A stretch of DNA of 64,000 nucleotides from Eledone cirrhosa (taxonomy: Eukaryota): contig OZ024750.1 in the NCBI GenBank assembly GCA_964016885.1, positions 45,012,001 through 45,076,000 of the forward strand, given 5' to 3'. The first letter of the stretch is position 1. Every line of letters starts with the position of its first letter. Of the stretch, positions 16,703 to 30,290 are shown one piece after another. The notes under the pieces were generated by a model. That model ran no database searches. It was not told where the DNA came from and worked only from the letters and a program-made list of their open reading frames with translations. The position numbers and the translations under genes are program-made.

Positions 16703-17310
16703 ACGAAATACCTGATTCACAAAAGTGATAGGAATGCAGGCAAAACACCTAGATGTGACAAAAAGTGCAGACTTGGCAGAATTAACATCGAAGATGTCAC
16801 CCATGTCATAAGCAGCTGTCGAAAGATGACATCGCGTTACTATCTACTTATGAGGCATGATGTAGTGGCCAAAACACTGTACAATGCAATCCGTAGAAAA
16901 AGATAACTCTGATAATAAACACATTAAAAGCTTCAGTAATGTGGAAGACATCCATATACATAATATGAAAGAGTACTCGTGGAATGTTCCACAAAAACCT
17001 CAATAAAATGCATGCATAACAGACCAGATATAATGATATGGGACATGAAAAAAAGGTATGTACAGTAGTGGAAGTTAGCTGCCCAGCAGATGCCATTATA
17101 ATATCAAAGATTAGTGAAAAGGAGAATATTTATGCAGAACTGATGATTATCCACCCTGATTACACCTTCAGATTTATGCCTGTAATTGTTGGGGCACTGG
17201 GATATGTTAGTAACACATCTTGAGAAGCTGGGCTTTACAGGAACAGAAAGAACACAACTAGTTAGGAAATTACAAGTACAATCCAGTAAAAATATGCAAA
17301 ACATTCCAAA
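16703..17310 (+). pseudogene. R2/R4-superfamily LINE fragment (zinc knuckle plus restriction-like endonuclease)
   Basis: CRLG...EDVTHVISSC...Y..MRHDVVAK, then NRPDI...VEVSCP...EKENIY...PVIVGALG across frameshifts. Confidence 0.8.
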
Positions 17311-17317
17311 AATGTTG

Positions 17318-17822
17318 CATCTAATAACTGCATATACACATGTACAGATACAAAGCATATACACATGCACACATACAACTCAAAACATCCACTTCCACAC
17401 ATACAATAATATCCATACCTACAGATGCATGCATGCAGTCATACATACATATCTACCTAGTTGATGTTGTGTAAATTCCAATGAGAGAATCTTTTGTCTA
17501 TGTTAGAAACCGACTCTCTCTATTAGTAAACATTTGTGAAATTATAATACCAGAAGAACATACATACATACATGCATCTAATAACTGCATATACACATGT
17601 ACAGATACAAAGCATTTACACATGCACACATACAACTCAAAATATACACATCCACACATGAAATAACATCCATATCTACACATGCATGCATACATAATCT
17701 ACCTAGTTCATGTTGTGTAAATTCCAATGAGAGAGTCTTGTGTCTATGTTAGAAACCCACTCTCTCTCTATTGGTGAAAATTTATGAAATTGTAAAACCA
17801 GAAGAACATACATATATACACA
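17318..17822 (+). repeat. Tandem duplication, period about 257 bp
   Basis: catctaataactgcatatacacatgtacagatacaaagcat...ccagaagaacatacata occurs at about 17318 and 17575. Confidence 0.8.
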
Positions 17823-17829
17823 TACTCAA

Positions 17830-18025
17830 ACTATACGGTCAAACTATGCGTGGTGTGAGTAGGTTATGCCTGGAAGGAAGGTTGGCTGGTAAAAGAAGCA
17901 GAGGCCGGCGGCCAATACGATGGCTTGATAATTTCAACTTATGGTCTGGACTTGATCTTTGCTCTCTAAACTCTGCTGTTTGTGATCGAACTTTGTGGAG
18001 AAAGATATCTCATGTTGGTGCGTAG
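17830..18025 (+). pseudogene. RTE-clade LINE 3' end
   Basis: LEGRLAGKRSRGRRPIRWLD...DRTLWR, a typical RTE ORF C-terminus. Confidence 0.7.
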
Positions 18026-18114
18026 TCTGCAACTGGCGGAGTTTAGCGTCAAACTAATAAAGTAGTACATACAGGCATTCAGACAGACATACATTTATAT
18101 ATATATTTAGTGTT

Positions 18115-18510
18115 AGTTACGTTCTCCTATTCCAGGTGGAACATTGGGCAGCACCTTATGATCTCCATCTTCTGCGGCCTTCTGCAAGAGATTTAGTATC
18201 CTTCTAGATCAGCTCTTTCAAGTGTATATCGTTCAGGACTGTCCTCTTCCGTATTTTCAATGGGCGTCCAGGTTTCCTTTTCCCTCCTTCTGTCTTCTAG
18301 TCAAAGGAGAGCCACACGTATCTTGTTGATGACATTCTAAAGACATGTCCAAGAAATCTCAGACAACGATCTTTCACTGCGATGTTTGGTGGTTTCTGCT
18401 CGGTTCTCCCATAGACTTCTTCATTGGTTATTTTGTCTTGCCAAGAGATGTTAAGAATTTTCCTGAGACACCTGTGACGGAATACATCTTGCTTGTGGAC
18501 AAGTCCTGCT
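18115..18510 (-). pseudogene. RTE-clade LINE 3' fragment
   Basis: The minus strand translates approximately to GHV.RM...EGGKRKPGRPLK..KRTVLND...AEGRRRWR, with stops. Confidence 0.6.
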
Positions 18511-18625
18511 CATATATATACACCCATATATATATGTATGTAAAAGGTAAACAGGAATAACAAGACATCGGTACAGTATATAGAAGGGATATATTAGCTT
18601 AACGCTTGAAATAGCAGAAAGAGGG

Positions 18626-18661
18626 TCTTGACGTTTCGGACGCTAATCCTTCATCAGAAGA
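18626..18661 (-). ncRNA. Minimal type I hammerhead ribozyme motif (PLE pLTR type)
   Basis: tctt-CTGATGA-a-gga-ttagcg-tcc-GAA-acgt-C-aaga; GUC triplet, palindromic acgt stem III. Confidence 0.75.
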
Positions 18662-18942
18662 AAGAATGAGAAATAAGATAGATTGAAGTGACGGGTGGAG
18701 TGGAATTGGAAAAAACTGTTTTAGATAAAAATAACAGGACCATACATGTTGACATCTCCTGCGTTTTGTGTATGATTTATTTATTTAGAAACGTGGATGA
18801 TGCAGCGCGTCTATATATATATATGCACATCTATCCTTTTACACACGGACATGTACAGACACACAAACTCACACACACACAGACACACACGTACACACAC
18901 GTACACACACACACATACATACACACATATATATATATAATA

Positions 18943-19450
18943 ATATATATACTAAAAGGAAAACTGCGTATATCATCAAAAGAAAAACATTAATCATATC
19001 TCGTTATTCGCTCTAACATAGCGGGTACGTAAATGCATTCGTGACTTTTATGTCAAATAACAATTGTTTTAAACTCAGTCTGTAAAGGGACGTAACTATG
19101 CTGGAAAGCATGGCGTCCGCCCCTCTACTCATACTACCGCCCTTATAATAATTGTTTCTACTTTAGGCACAAGGCCAGCAATTAACCAGTACATTACTGG
19201 TACTTTATATTATCAACCCCGTAATGATGAAAGGCAAAGTTAACCTTTCATCCTTACGGGGTTGATAAAATAAAGTACCAGTAATATACTGGTTAATTGC
19301 TGGCCTTGTTTGTGCCAAAAGTAGAAACAATTGTTATTTGACATAAAAGTCACGAATACATTTACGTACCCGCTATGTTAGAGCGAATAACGAGATATCA
19401 TTAGTGTTTTTCTTTTGATGATATATGCAGTTTTACTTTTAATATATATA
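18943..19450. repeat. SINE fold-back with inverted duplication of about 125 bp of flanking DNA
   Basis: 18943-19069 is the reverse complement of 19325-19450; the inner SINE tail 19148-19335 is itself palindromic; SINE head fragment 19072-19143 (minus). Confidence 0.85.
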
Positions 19451-21348
19451 TTATATTAATTAAAAACTCCATTCGTTTGCTGGAACAAAATATTGATGAT
19501 GGTCATTTAAAAACCACAGCGTAATGAGGCTGTTTGCTTGCAAATGAATCAAATGTTATTACTAGTTGATATAAAACTTACGAATGTTTTAATCATATCT
19601 TTAAATTGAAACTATAAAGATAGGTGCACCGAAATCTTGAAGGGGGAACGTCGAGAATATTAGGCATATGATATGACAGGTACTTGTTTTATTTGTGACG
19701 GAAATCGAACTCATTGTAATATCACTAAATATTATATTATATTCAGATCATTCTACCTATCCACAATCCTGAATTAAGATAACGTATCGCTGAACCACTC
19801 ATCGCTAAAACCGACGGAGGTTAATTCCATTCCTGTATATTTTACTGAATACAGCCGGATGACTCACAAAGATGACATCGGCAGATTTTGAACATAAAAC
19901 ATGAAGGGGCGGTAGTTTACTATCGCAAGGATATCTTTCCGATGTTTTAACGATTCTGCCAACGCACCACCTCAAATTGAGATGTGATTAACATTTCAAA
20001 TCTACATACCTCCTAATCGATGCTTTCAATTCGATTGTTAGCTGTTTAATTGTTTTAGAGATTAATGCAATTTGCCCCCACACCGCCACCCCAAGGTATT
20101 CATATGTCACGTTTCATTATCTATTTACTGCTGTCTTTTGTAGTCCCTTATTATAAATACAAGAAACCCTTAATTAAATAGTCTATCCATCAATCACATA
20201 GGACTCTGTTCCCCAAAGAACAATCGCATTTCTTCATGTTTTGTTTATTTAATTCCAGACACATCATTTTTACCACATAATTACTTACTGCATTTCTACA
20301 CTTGGCTCCCATTTTCCTCCTTTACTATCCCTGTCCCCCTTACCATCTCCTACACATGCCCCTGTTTCTTCTTTCTATTTCTATCTCTCACCCCAACACT
20401 CTTGCAGCTACAAACTCGGACCTCACAGCCTTGCTTCAGCTTCATTTCCCCGTGGTTTGTTCTCGAAAGGTTTCAGTATTTTCTTACATCTGTTAACGCC
20501 GAGAAAATATTAAGTTTCCTAACAGCATCACTTTGTAGTTACTTTCTGTCTTGGTGTCTTTTCAATTGTTATTGCTTTCCCAAATTTAAACTATGTGATC
20601 GAAGCGTGGCCGTCTAGTTAAGAAAATCGTTTCCTAAATCACCAGATTCCGGATCCATTATCAATTATTTGCGTATTGAAGAAATGGTTTCATCATAACC
20701 ATTTCTCATCATAAGTATTTCTCCATGGGAACGCCTGTAAGGGCAAACGTGCATATGGAATACCCAACAAACTATAGGTTAATCTAACGAGTAAACCAAA
20801 GCTTACTCAACAAATGTAACATTTATAAATAAACCCAAATGGGTGCTCATTCCTACTTGCTTTACATTTATTAAATTATGTTAGTACTACTCATCGTAAC
20901 GAGTTTCGTTTACTGAAATGTCGCTCATTGTCCACCTGGCGGATGCCCATTCATTAGAGTAAAATTCGAAGAAAATTTGGCGACTATTTCTAGCAGGTCG
21001 TACTAAAATATTGAGGGTTCCTGCTTGTTTAGCATTATGTATATAGAATATGTGTATATGATAAGGGCATGGGAGTTTGAATATTTATTATATATGATGT
21101 AAAATGTTTAATATGGGTAACAAAATTGGGAACGATACTCAGTTCTAACTGTGATTCGAAACAGGAAAGTTAACTTGTAATCGAAGAAAAATAGGAAGTT
21201 GAAGAAAAGAGTAGCACCAAAAATTGGTAAAAAAAAATCATAAAATGGAAACTCAAAAATATTTTCATAAAACGAAGAAAAAGGAAGACCACAGTATGTG
21301 ATCTTATACACACCACACGCAGACACACAGACTCACAGACACGCACAA

Positions 21349-21435
<87 letters not shown>

Positions 21436-21453
21436 TATATGTATATATGTATA

Positions 21454-21491
<38 letters not shown>

Positions 21492-22166
21492 TATATATAA
21501 ATGTGTGTGTATATATATATGTTTGTGTGTGTGTATACTCAAACACACACGCACACACTGTCACACACACACACACTGAGACACACACACACACGCCCAC
21601 ACATATATATATACAATCCACTCCCCTCTCTCTCACGCACACACTAGGTAGAAATAAAATGTCCACTAACAAATATATATAAAATATATATGCAAACAAT
21701 TGGTAATCAAGAAAAGATATGTTAGTGTGAATATTTTGGTCAGGTTTAATTCCTCTCCTTGCAATCTTGTGCAGTTGTCGATTAGTGTTAATGTTGAATA
21801 ACAGTAGATTAGCTCCGGATGAGAATCTCACCTCATCATATGTTATTCTATACTCACTAATTAATATTACGGGACACAGATTTTCACGAGGAGGAGATTT
21901 AAATAAAATAAATTATAAGAACTAATATTTAAATAAACAAAATATATAATTAAAAAGTAGCAACACTGGTAAAAAAAACCCCATGAAAATAAATAATATA
22001 GAGAACAATAACATCAGCAACAACATCAAAAGCTAAATATGTGTTGGGCCTTAGGTTAAATGTAATTTAGAGACAGTGGTTAACTATCGGTATTTCTATA
22101 TGAACACAGACATATATACATACCTGTATGTATATGTAAATACATACGTATATTGTACACACACAT

Positions 22167-22231
<65 letters not shown>

Positions 22232-22664
22232 CGTGTGTATGTGTGTGTATAATTCACGGAGGGGTCTCTCCCCAATGTATTATATTTACCTAAATTTTTT
22301 GCCACCCTATCTCTCTCACATTCTTTGTCTTTCATATATATAAGATACACGTATATTATATCTACACACACACACACATATATATATATATACATAGTTG
22401 TAAATTTTAAGTAAAAACTCACCAATGATGATATACTACGTCAAACTAGCAAAGAACGGATATTGGTACAAGTTTGGTTTTACCCTTTCCTCACTTCTTC
22501 ATTTTACATAAGAACGGGGGTGGGAGTGGGGGTGGGTGGCACCCTTGATGTTTTTATTTTCATACTTTTATTTTGTTATTTAGTTTCATATAAAAAGTTT
22601 AGAGAGCTTGTGTATATATTCACTTCTTTCCCTTCCTCTTAGACCCGCCTATTCTTTGTAGTAG

Positions 22665-25600
22665 TTCTATAAAGTTTCACATCCCTCTCTATAAAGTGTC
22701 ACATCCCTCTCTATAAAGTGTCACATCCCTCTCTATAAAGTGTCATATCCCACTCTATAAAGTTTCACATCCCTCTCTATAAAGTGTCACATCCCTCTCT
22801 ATAAAGTGCCACATCCCTCTCTATAAAGTGTCACATCCCTCTCTATAAAGTGTCATATCCCACTCTATAAAGTGTCACATCCCTCTCTATAAAATGTCAC
22901 ATCTCTCTCTATAAAATGTCACCTGCCTCTCTATAAAGTTTCACATACCTCTCTATAAAGTGCCACATCCCTCTCTATAATGTTTCACATACCTCTCTAT
23001 AAAGTGTTACATCCCTCTCTATAATGTTTCACACCCTCTCTATAATGTGTCACATCCCTCTCTATAAAGTGTCACATACCTCTCTATAAAGTGTCTCATC
23101 CCTCTCTATAAAATGTCACCTCCCTCTCTATAATGTTTCACATCCCTCTCTATAAAGTTTCACATCCCTCTCTATAAAGTGTCACCTCCCTCTCTATAAA
23201 GTGTCACATCCCTCTCTATAAAGTGTCGCCTCCCTCTCTATAAAGTGTCACATCCCTCTCTATAAAGTATCACATCCCTCTCTATAAAATGTCACATCCC
23301 TCTCTATAAAGTGCCACATCCCTCTCTATAAAGTGTCACATCACTCTCTATAAAGTGTCACATCCCGCTCTATATAGTTTCACATCCCTCTCTATAAAGT
23401 TTCACATCCCTCTCTATAAAGTGTCACATCCGTCTCTATAAAGTGTCACATCCCTCTCTATAAAGTGTCACATCCCTCTCTATAAAGTGTCACATCCCTC
23501 TCTATAAAGTGCCACATCCCTCTCTATAAAGTGTCACATCCCTCTCTATAAAGTGTCACATCCCTCTCTATAAAGTTTCACATCCCTCTCTATAAAGTTT
23601 CACATCCCACTCTATAAAGTGTCACATCCCTCTCTATAAAGTGTCACATCCCTCTCTATAAAGTGTCACATCCCTCTCTATAAAGTTTCACACCCCTCTC
23701 TATAAAGTTTCACATCCCACTCTATAAAGTGTCACATCCCTCTCTATATAGTTTCACATCCCTCTCTATAAAGTTTCACATCCCTCTCTATAAAGTGTCA
23801 CATCCCTCTCTATAAAGTGCCACATCCCTCTCTATAAAGTGTCACATCCCTCTCTATAAAGTGTCACATCCCACTCTATAAAGTGTCACATCCCTCTCTA
23901 TAAAGTGCCACATTCCTCTCTATAAAGTGTCACATCCCTCTCTATAAAGTTTCACACCCCTCTCTATAAAGTGTCACATCCCTCTCTATAATGTTTCACA
24001 TCCCTCTCAATAAAGTGCCACATCTCTCTCTATAATGTGTCACATTCCTCTATATAAAGTGTCACATCCCTCTCTATAATGTTTCACATCCCTCTCTATA
24101 AAGTGTCACATCCCTCTCTATAAAGTGCCACATCCCTCTCTATAAAGTATCACATCCCTCTCTATAAAATGTCACATCCCTCTCTATAAAGTGCCACATC
24201 CCTCTCTATAAAGTGTCACACCCCTCTCTATAAAGTGTCACATCCCACTCTATAAAGTGTCACATCCCTCTCTATAAAGTGTCACATCCCTCTCTATAAA
24301 GTGTCACATTCCTCTCTATAAAGTGTCACATCACTCTCTATAAAGTGTTACCTCCCTCTCTATAAAGTGTCACATCCCTCTCTATAAAGTTTCGCCTCCC
24401 TCTCTATAAAGTGTCACATCCCTCTCTATAAAGTGTCACACCCCTCTCTATAAAGTGTCACATCCCACTCTATAAAGTGTCACATCCCTCTCTATAAAGT
24501 GTCACATCCCTCTCTATAAAGTGTCACATCCCTCTCTATAAAGTGTCACATCCCTCTCTATAAAGTGTCACATCCCTCTCTATAAAGTGTCACATCACTC
24601 TCTATAAAGTGTTACCTCCCTCTCTATAAAGTGTCACATCCCTCTCTATAAAGTTTCGCCTCTCTCTCTATAAAGTGTCACATCCCTCTCTATAAAGTGT
24701 CACATCCCTCTCTATAAAGTGTCACATCCCTCTCTATAAAGTGTCACATCCCTCTCTATAAAGTGTCACATCCCTCTCTATAAAGTGTCACATCACTCTC
24801 TATAAAGTGTTACCTCCCTCTCTATAAAGTGTCACATCCCTCTCTATAAAGTTTCGCCTCTCTCTCTATAAAGTGTCACATCCCTCTCTATAAAGTGTCA
24901 CATCCCTCTCTATAAAGTGTCACATCCCTCTCTATAAAGTGGCACATCCCTCTCTATAAAGTGTCACATCCCTCTCTATAAAGTGTCACACCCCTCTCTA
25001 TAAAGTGTCACATTCCTCTCTATAAAGTGTCACATCCCTCTCTATAAAGTGTCACATCCCTCTCTATAAAGTGTCACATCCCTCTCTATAAAGTGTCACA
25101 TCCCTCTCTATAAAGTGTCACATCACTCTCTATAAAGTGTTACCTCCCTCTCTATAAAGTGTCACATCCCTCTCTAAAAAGTTTCGCCTCCCTCTCTATA
25201 AAGTGTCACATCCCTCTCTATAAAGTGTCACACCCCTCTCTATAAAGTGTCACATCCCACTCTATAAAGTGTCACATCCCTCTTTATAAAGTGTCACATC
25301 CCTCTCTATAAAGTGTCACATCCCTCTCTATAAAGTGTCACATCCCTCTCTATAAAGTGTCATATCCCTCTCTATAAAGTGTCACATCACTCTCTATAAA
25401 GTGTTACCTCCCTCTCTACAAAGGGTCACATCCCTCTCTAGAAAGTTTCACATCCCTCTCTATAAAGTGTCTCATCCCTCTCTATAAAGTGTCACATCCC
25501 CCTCTATAAAGTGTCACATCACTCTCTATAAAGTGTTACCTCCCTCTCTATAAAGTGTCACATCCCTCTCTATAAAGTTTCGCCTCTCTCTCTATAAAGT

Positions 25601-28582
25601 GTCACATCCCTCTCTATAAAGTGTCACATCCCTCTCTATAAAGTGTCACATCCCTCTCTATAAAGTGTCACATCCCTCTCTATAAAGTGTCACATCCCTC
25701 TCTATAAAGTTTCACACCCCTCTCTATAAAGTGTTACCTCCCTCTCTATAAAGTGTCACATCCCTCTCTATAAAGTTTCGCCTCTCTCTCTATAAAGTGT
25801 CACATCCCTCTCTATAAAGTGTCACATCCCTCTCTATAAAGTGTCACATCCCTCTCTATAAAGTGGCACATCCCTCTCTATAAAGTGTCACATCCCTCTC
25901 TATAAAGTGTCACACCCCTCTCTATAAAGTGTCACATTCCTCTCTATAAAGTGTCACATCCCTCTCTATAAAGTGTCACATCCCTCTCTATAAAGTGTCA
26001 CATCCCTCTCTATAAAGTGTCACATCCCTCTCTATAAAGTGTCACATCACTCTCTATAAAGTGTTACCTCCCTCTCTATAAAGTGTCACATCCCTCTCTA
26101 AAAAGTTTCGCCTCCCTCTCTATAAAGTGTCACATCCCTCTCTATAAAGTGTCACACCCCTCTCTATAAAGTGTCACATCCCACTCTATAAAGTGTCACA
26201 TCCCTCTCTATAAAGTGTCACATCCCTCTCTATAAAGTGTCACATCCCTCTCTATAAAGTGTCACATCCCTCTCTATAAAGTGTCACATCCCTCTCTATA
26301 AAGTGTCACATCACTCTCTATAAAGTGTTACCTCCCTCTCTATAAAGGGTCACATCCCTCTCTAGAAAGTTTCACATCCCTCTCTATAAAGTGTCACATC
26401 CCTCTCTATAAAGTGTCACATCCCTCTCTATAAAGTGTCACATCCCTCTCTATAAAGTGTCACATCCCTCTCTATAAAGTGCCACATCCCTCTCTATAAA
26501 GTGTCACATCCCTCTCTATAAAGTGTCACATCCCTCTCTATAAAGTGTCACATCCCTCTCTATAAAGTGTCACATCCCTCTCTATATAGTTTCACATCCC
26601 TCTCTATAAAGTTTCACATCCCTCTCTATAAAGTGTCACATCCGTCTCTATAAAGTGCCACATCCCTCTCTATAAAGTGTCACATCCCTCTCTATAAAGT
26701 GTCACATCCCTCTCTATAAAGTGCCACATCCCTCTCTATAAAGTGTCACATCCCTCTCTATAAAGTGTCACATCCCTCTCTATAAAGTTTCACATCCCTC
26801 TCTATAAAGTTTCACATCCCACTCTATAAAGTGTCACATCCCTCTCTATAAAGTGTCACATCCCTCTCTATAAAGTGCCACATCCCTCTCTATAAAGTTT
26901 CACATCCCTCTCTATAAAGTTTCACACCCCACTCTATAAAGTGTCACATCCCTCTCTATATAGTTTCACATCCCTCTCTATAAAGTTTCACATCCCTCTC
27001 CATAAAGTGTCACATCCCTCTCTTTAAAGTGCCACATCCCTCTCTATAAAGTGTCACATCCCTCTCTATAAAGTGTCACATCCCACTCTATAAAGTGTCA
27101 CATCCCTCTCTATAAAGTGCCACATCCCTCTCTATAAAGTGTCACATCCCTCTCTATAAAGTTTCACACCCCTCTCTATAAAGTGTCACATCCCTCTCTA
27201 TAATGTTTCACATCCCTCTCTATAAAGTGCCACATCTCTCTCTATAATGTGTCACATTCCTCTATATAAAGTGTCACATCCCTCTCTATAATGCTTCACA
27301 TCCCTCTCTATAAAGTGTCACATCCCTCTCTATAAAGTGCCACATCCCTCTCTATAAAGTATCACATCCCTCTCTATAAAGTGTCACATCCCTCTCTATA
27401 AAGTGTCACATCCCACTCTATAAAGTGTCACATCCCTCTCTATAAAGTGTCACATCCCTCTCTATAAAGTGTCACATCCCTCTCTATAAAGTGTCACATC
27501 CCTCTCTATAAAGTGTCACATCACTCTCTATAAAGTGTTACCTCCCTCTCTATAAAGTGTCACATCCCTCTCTATAAAGTTTCGCCTCCCTCTCTATAAA
27601 GTGTCACATCCCTCTCTATAAAGTGTCACATCCCTCTCTATATAGTTTCACCTCCCTCTCTATAAATTGTCACATCACTCTCTATAAAGTGTTACCTCCC
27701 TCTCTATAAAGTGTCACATCCCTCTCTATAAAATTTCGCCTCCCCTCTATAAAGTGTCACATCCCTCTCTATAAATTGTCACATCCCTCTCTATAAAGTG
27801 TCACATCCCTCTCTATAAAGTGTCACATCCCTCTCTATAAAGTGTCACATTCCTCTCTATAAAGTGTCACATCCCTCTCTATAAAGTGTCACATCCCTCT
27901 CTATAAAGTGTCACATACCTCTCTATAAAGTGTCACATCCCTCTCTATAAAGTGTCACATCCCTCTCTATAATGTCCCACACCCCTCTCTATAAAGTGTC
28001 ACATCCCTCTCTATAAAGTGTCACATCCCTCTCTATAAAGTGTCACCTCCCTCTCTATAACGTGTCACCTCCCTCTCTATAAAGTTTCACATCCCTCTCT
28101 ATAAAGTTTCACATCCCTATCTATAAAGTGTCACATACCTCTCTATTATGTTTCACATCCCTCTCTATAAAGTGTCACATGCCTCTCTATAAAGTGTCAC
28201 ATCCCTCTATATAAAGTGTCACATCCCTCTCTATATAGTTTCACCTCCCTCTCTATAAATTGTCACATCACTCTCTATAAAGTGTTACCTCCCTCTCTAT
28301 AAAGTGTCACATCCCTCTCTATAAAGTTTCGCCTCCCTCTCTATAAAGTGTCACATCCCTCTCTATAAAGTGTCACATCCCTCTCTATAATGTCCCACAC
28401 TCCTCTCTATAAAGTGTCACATCCCTCTCTATAGAGTGTCACATCCCTCTCTATAAAGTGTCACATCCCTCTCTATAAAGTGTCACATCCCTCTCTATAA
28501 AGTGTCACATCCCTCTCTATAAAGTGTCACACCCCTCTCTATAAAGTGTCACCTACCTCTCTATATAGTGTCACATCCCTTC
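22665..28582. repeat. 22-bp minisatellite (tataaagtgtcacatccctctc), about 270 copies
   Basis: ataaag recurs at 22691, 22713, 22735 and onward; higher-order variant blocks are present. Confidence 0.97.
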
Positions 28583-28620
28583 TATGTTGAAGAATGTTTT
28601 TAATATTACAGACAGCATTA

Positions 28621-28825
28621 GCGCGGTGGATTGGCAGTATCGGTAGAGGGTCTGACGCCATGCTTTGCAGCAAAGAATTACGGTCCTTTATGATCTGAGT
28701 TCAAATCCCGCCGAGGTTAACTTTGCCTTTCATCCTAACGAGGGTCGATAAAATAAAGTTCCAGTCACGCACTGGGGTCGATTTAATCGACTTTCCCCTC
28801 CCCCAAAATTGCTGGCCTTGTGCTT
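28621..28825 (+). mobile_element. tRNA-derived Deu/Nin-domain SINE
   Basis: A box tggcagtatcgg, B box gagttcaaatcc, Nin/Deu core gcctttcatcct..gggtcgataaaataaagt.ccag; TSD-like atattacagaca at 28603 and 28838. Confidence 0.85.
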
Positions 28826-28976
28826 ATATAAGATACGATATTACAGACAACATGAAAGATGTATATTGTTAAATGGAGAAGAAAGCTAGATCATCTTGGT
28901 TGACTTGAAAACTATTTAGTCGTGTGTAGTGTTGATATTATATATTGTCTATATTGTCTTACGGCTGTAGTAATAG

Positions 28977-29027
28977 ATGATGATGATGATGATGATGGTG
29001 ATGACAATGGTTGTGATTATATACAAC

Positions 29028-29059
<32 letters not shown>

Positions 29060-29190
29060 TTGATGATGACGATGAGGGTGAAGATGATAATGATGATACT
29101 AAAGATGAGGATTATGTTGATGATGATGATGATCATGAAGATGACGATGATTATGATGATGATGATGATACCGATGAGGATGTTAATGAT
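28977..29190. repeat. (GAT)n microsatellite (also 32980-33380)
   Basis: Seen directly; explains the poly-M, poly-I and poly-S ORFs. Confidence 0.95.
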
Positions 29191-29197
29191 TATTATA

Positions 29198-30270
29198 TGG
29201 ATTGGCAGTATCGGTAGAGAGTCGGACACCATACTTTGAAGGATGGAGTTACGTCCCTTTATGATCTGAGTTCAAATCCCGCCGATGTTAACTTTGCCTT
29301 TTTTCCTTACGGGGTCGATAAAATAAAGTACCAGTAATGCACTGGGTAATTGCTGGCCTTGTTCCAAAAGTAGAAACAATTATATATTTACGATTATAAT
29401 TTTCATTATAATAATCAATAGGAAAAGGAGGGTTGATTGGCAATATCGGTAGAGCGTCGGACAACATGGTTTGTGTCATATAGTTACGGACCTTTGTGTT
29501 CTGAATTCAAATTTTGTCAAGGTCAAATTCGCCCTACATACGGCGTCTATAAAATAAAGAACCAATATCGACCCAGGGTCAGTTTATTGGGCTTTCCTCT
29601 TCCCTTCAAATTGCTGGTCTTGTGTCCATTGTTGAAACAGTCATAATTATTCTGGTGTTGAATTCCTAGAATTGTTTTAACGTCGGACAAAATACTTTAA
29701 TTAGAACACAATATCTTCTAGGCTAATTATCAAGTACAGAGGTCAAGTTAATGGACATGGCATTCCCCCTCTTGTTGCTGGCATTAGATCTCAATAAGTA
29801 ACCATTATTTTAACGTCGGTGGATTGGCAGAATCGTTAAAGGGTCGGACGCCATGCTTTGCTGCATAGATTTACGGCCCTTTATGATCTGAGTTCAAATC
29901 ACCCCGAGGTAAACTTTGCCTTCCTTCCATCCTTACGGGGTCGGTAAAATAAAGTACCAGTAATACACTGGGATAATTGCTGGCCTTGTGCCAAATGTAG
30001 AAACAATTAATTTTAACGGCGGTGAATTGGCAGAATCGTTAGAGAGTCTGGAAGCATGATTAGCGGCATAAAGTTACACCCCTTTAACTTCTAAGTTCAA
30101 ATCCCGCCGAGGTTAGCGTTCTCTTTCATCATAACGGGGTGGATAAAATATAGCACCTAAATGCACTGGGGTAGATTTAATCGATTTTCACCTACTCCAA
30201 AATTGCTGGCCTTGTGTCTAAAGTAGAATCTATTATTTTAACAGTTGTGGACGGACAGAATCGTTTAGAG
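29198..30270 (+). mobile_element. Head-to-tail cluster of 5-6 Deu/Nin SINE copies
   Basis: SINE heads (ggattggcag.atcg.taga) at about 29198, 29432, 29820, 30023 and 30248, with tails gtagaaacaatt; a degenerate copy near 29670. Confidence 0.8.
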
Positions 30271-30290
30271 CGCAAGGGACAGGGCAGTAT

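Noticed and set aside
28621-28715. tRNA genes at A/B-box sites
   Set aside because: These are SINE heads followed by the Nin domain and tail; no full cloverleaf.
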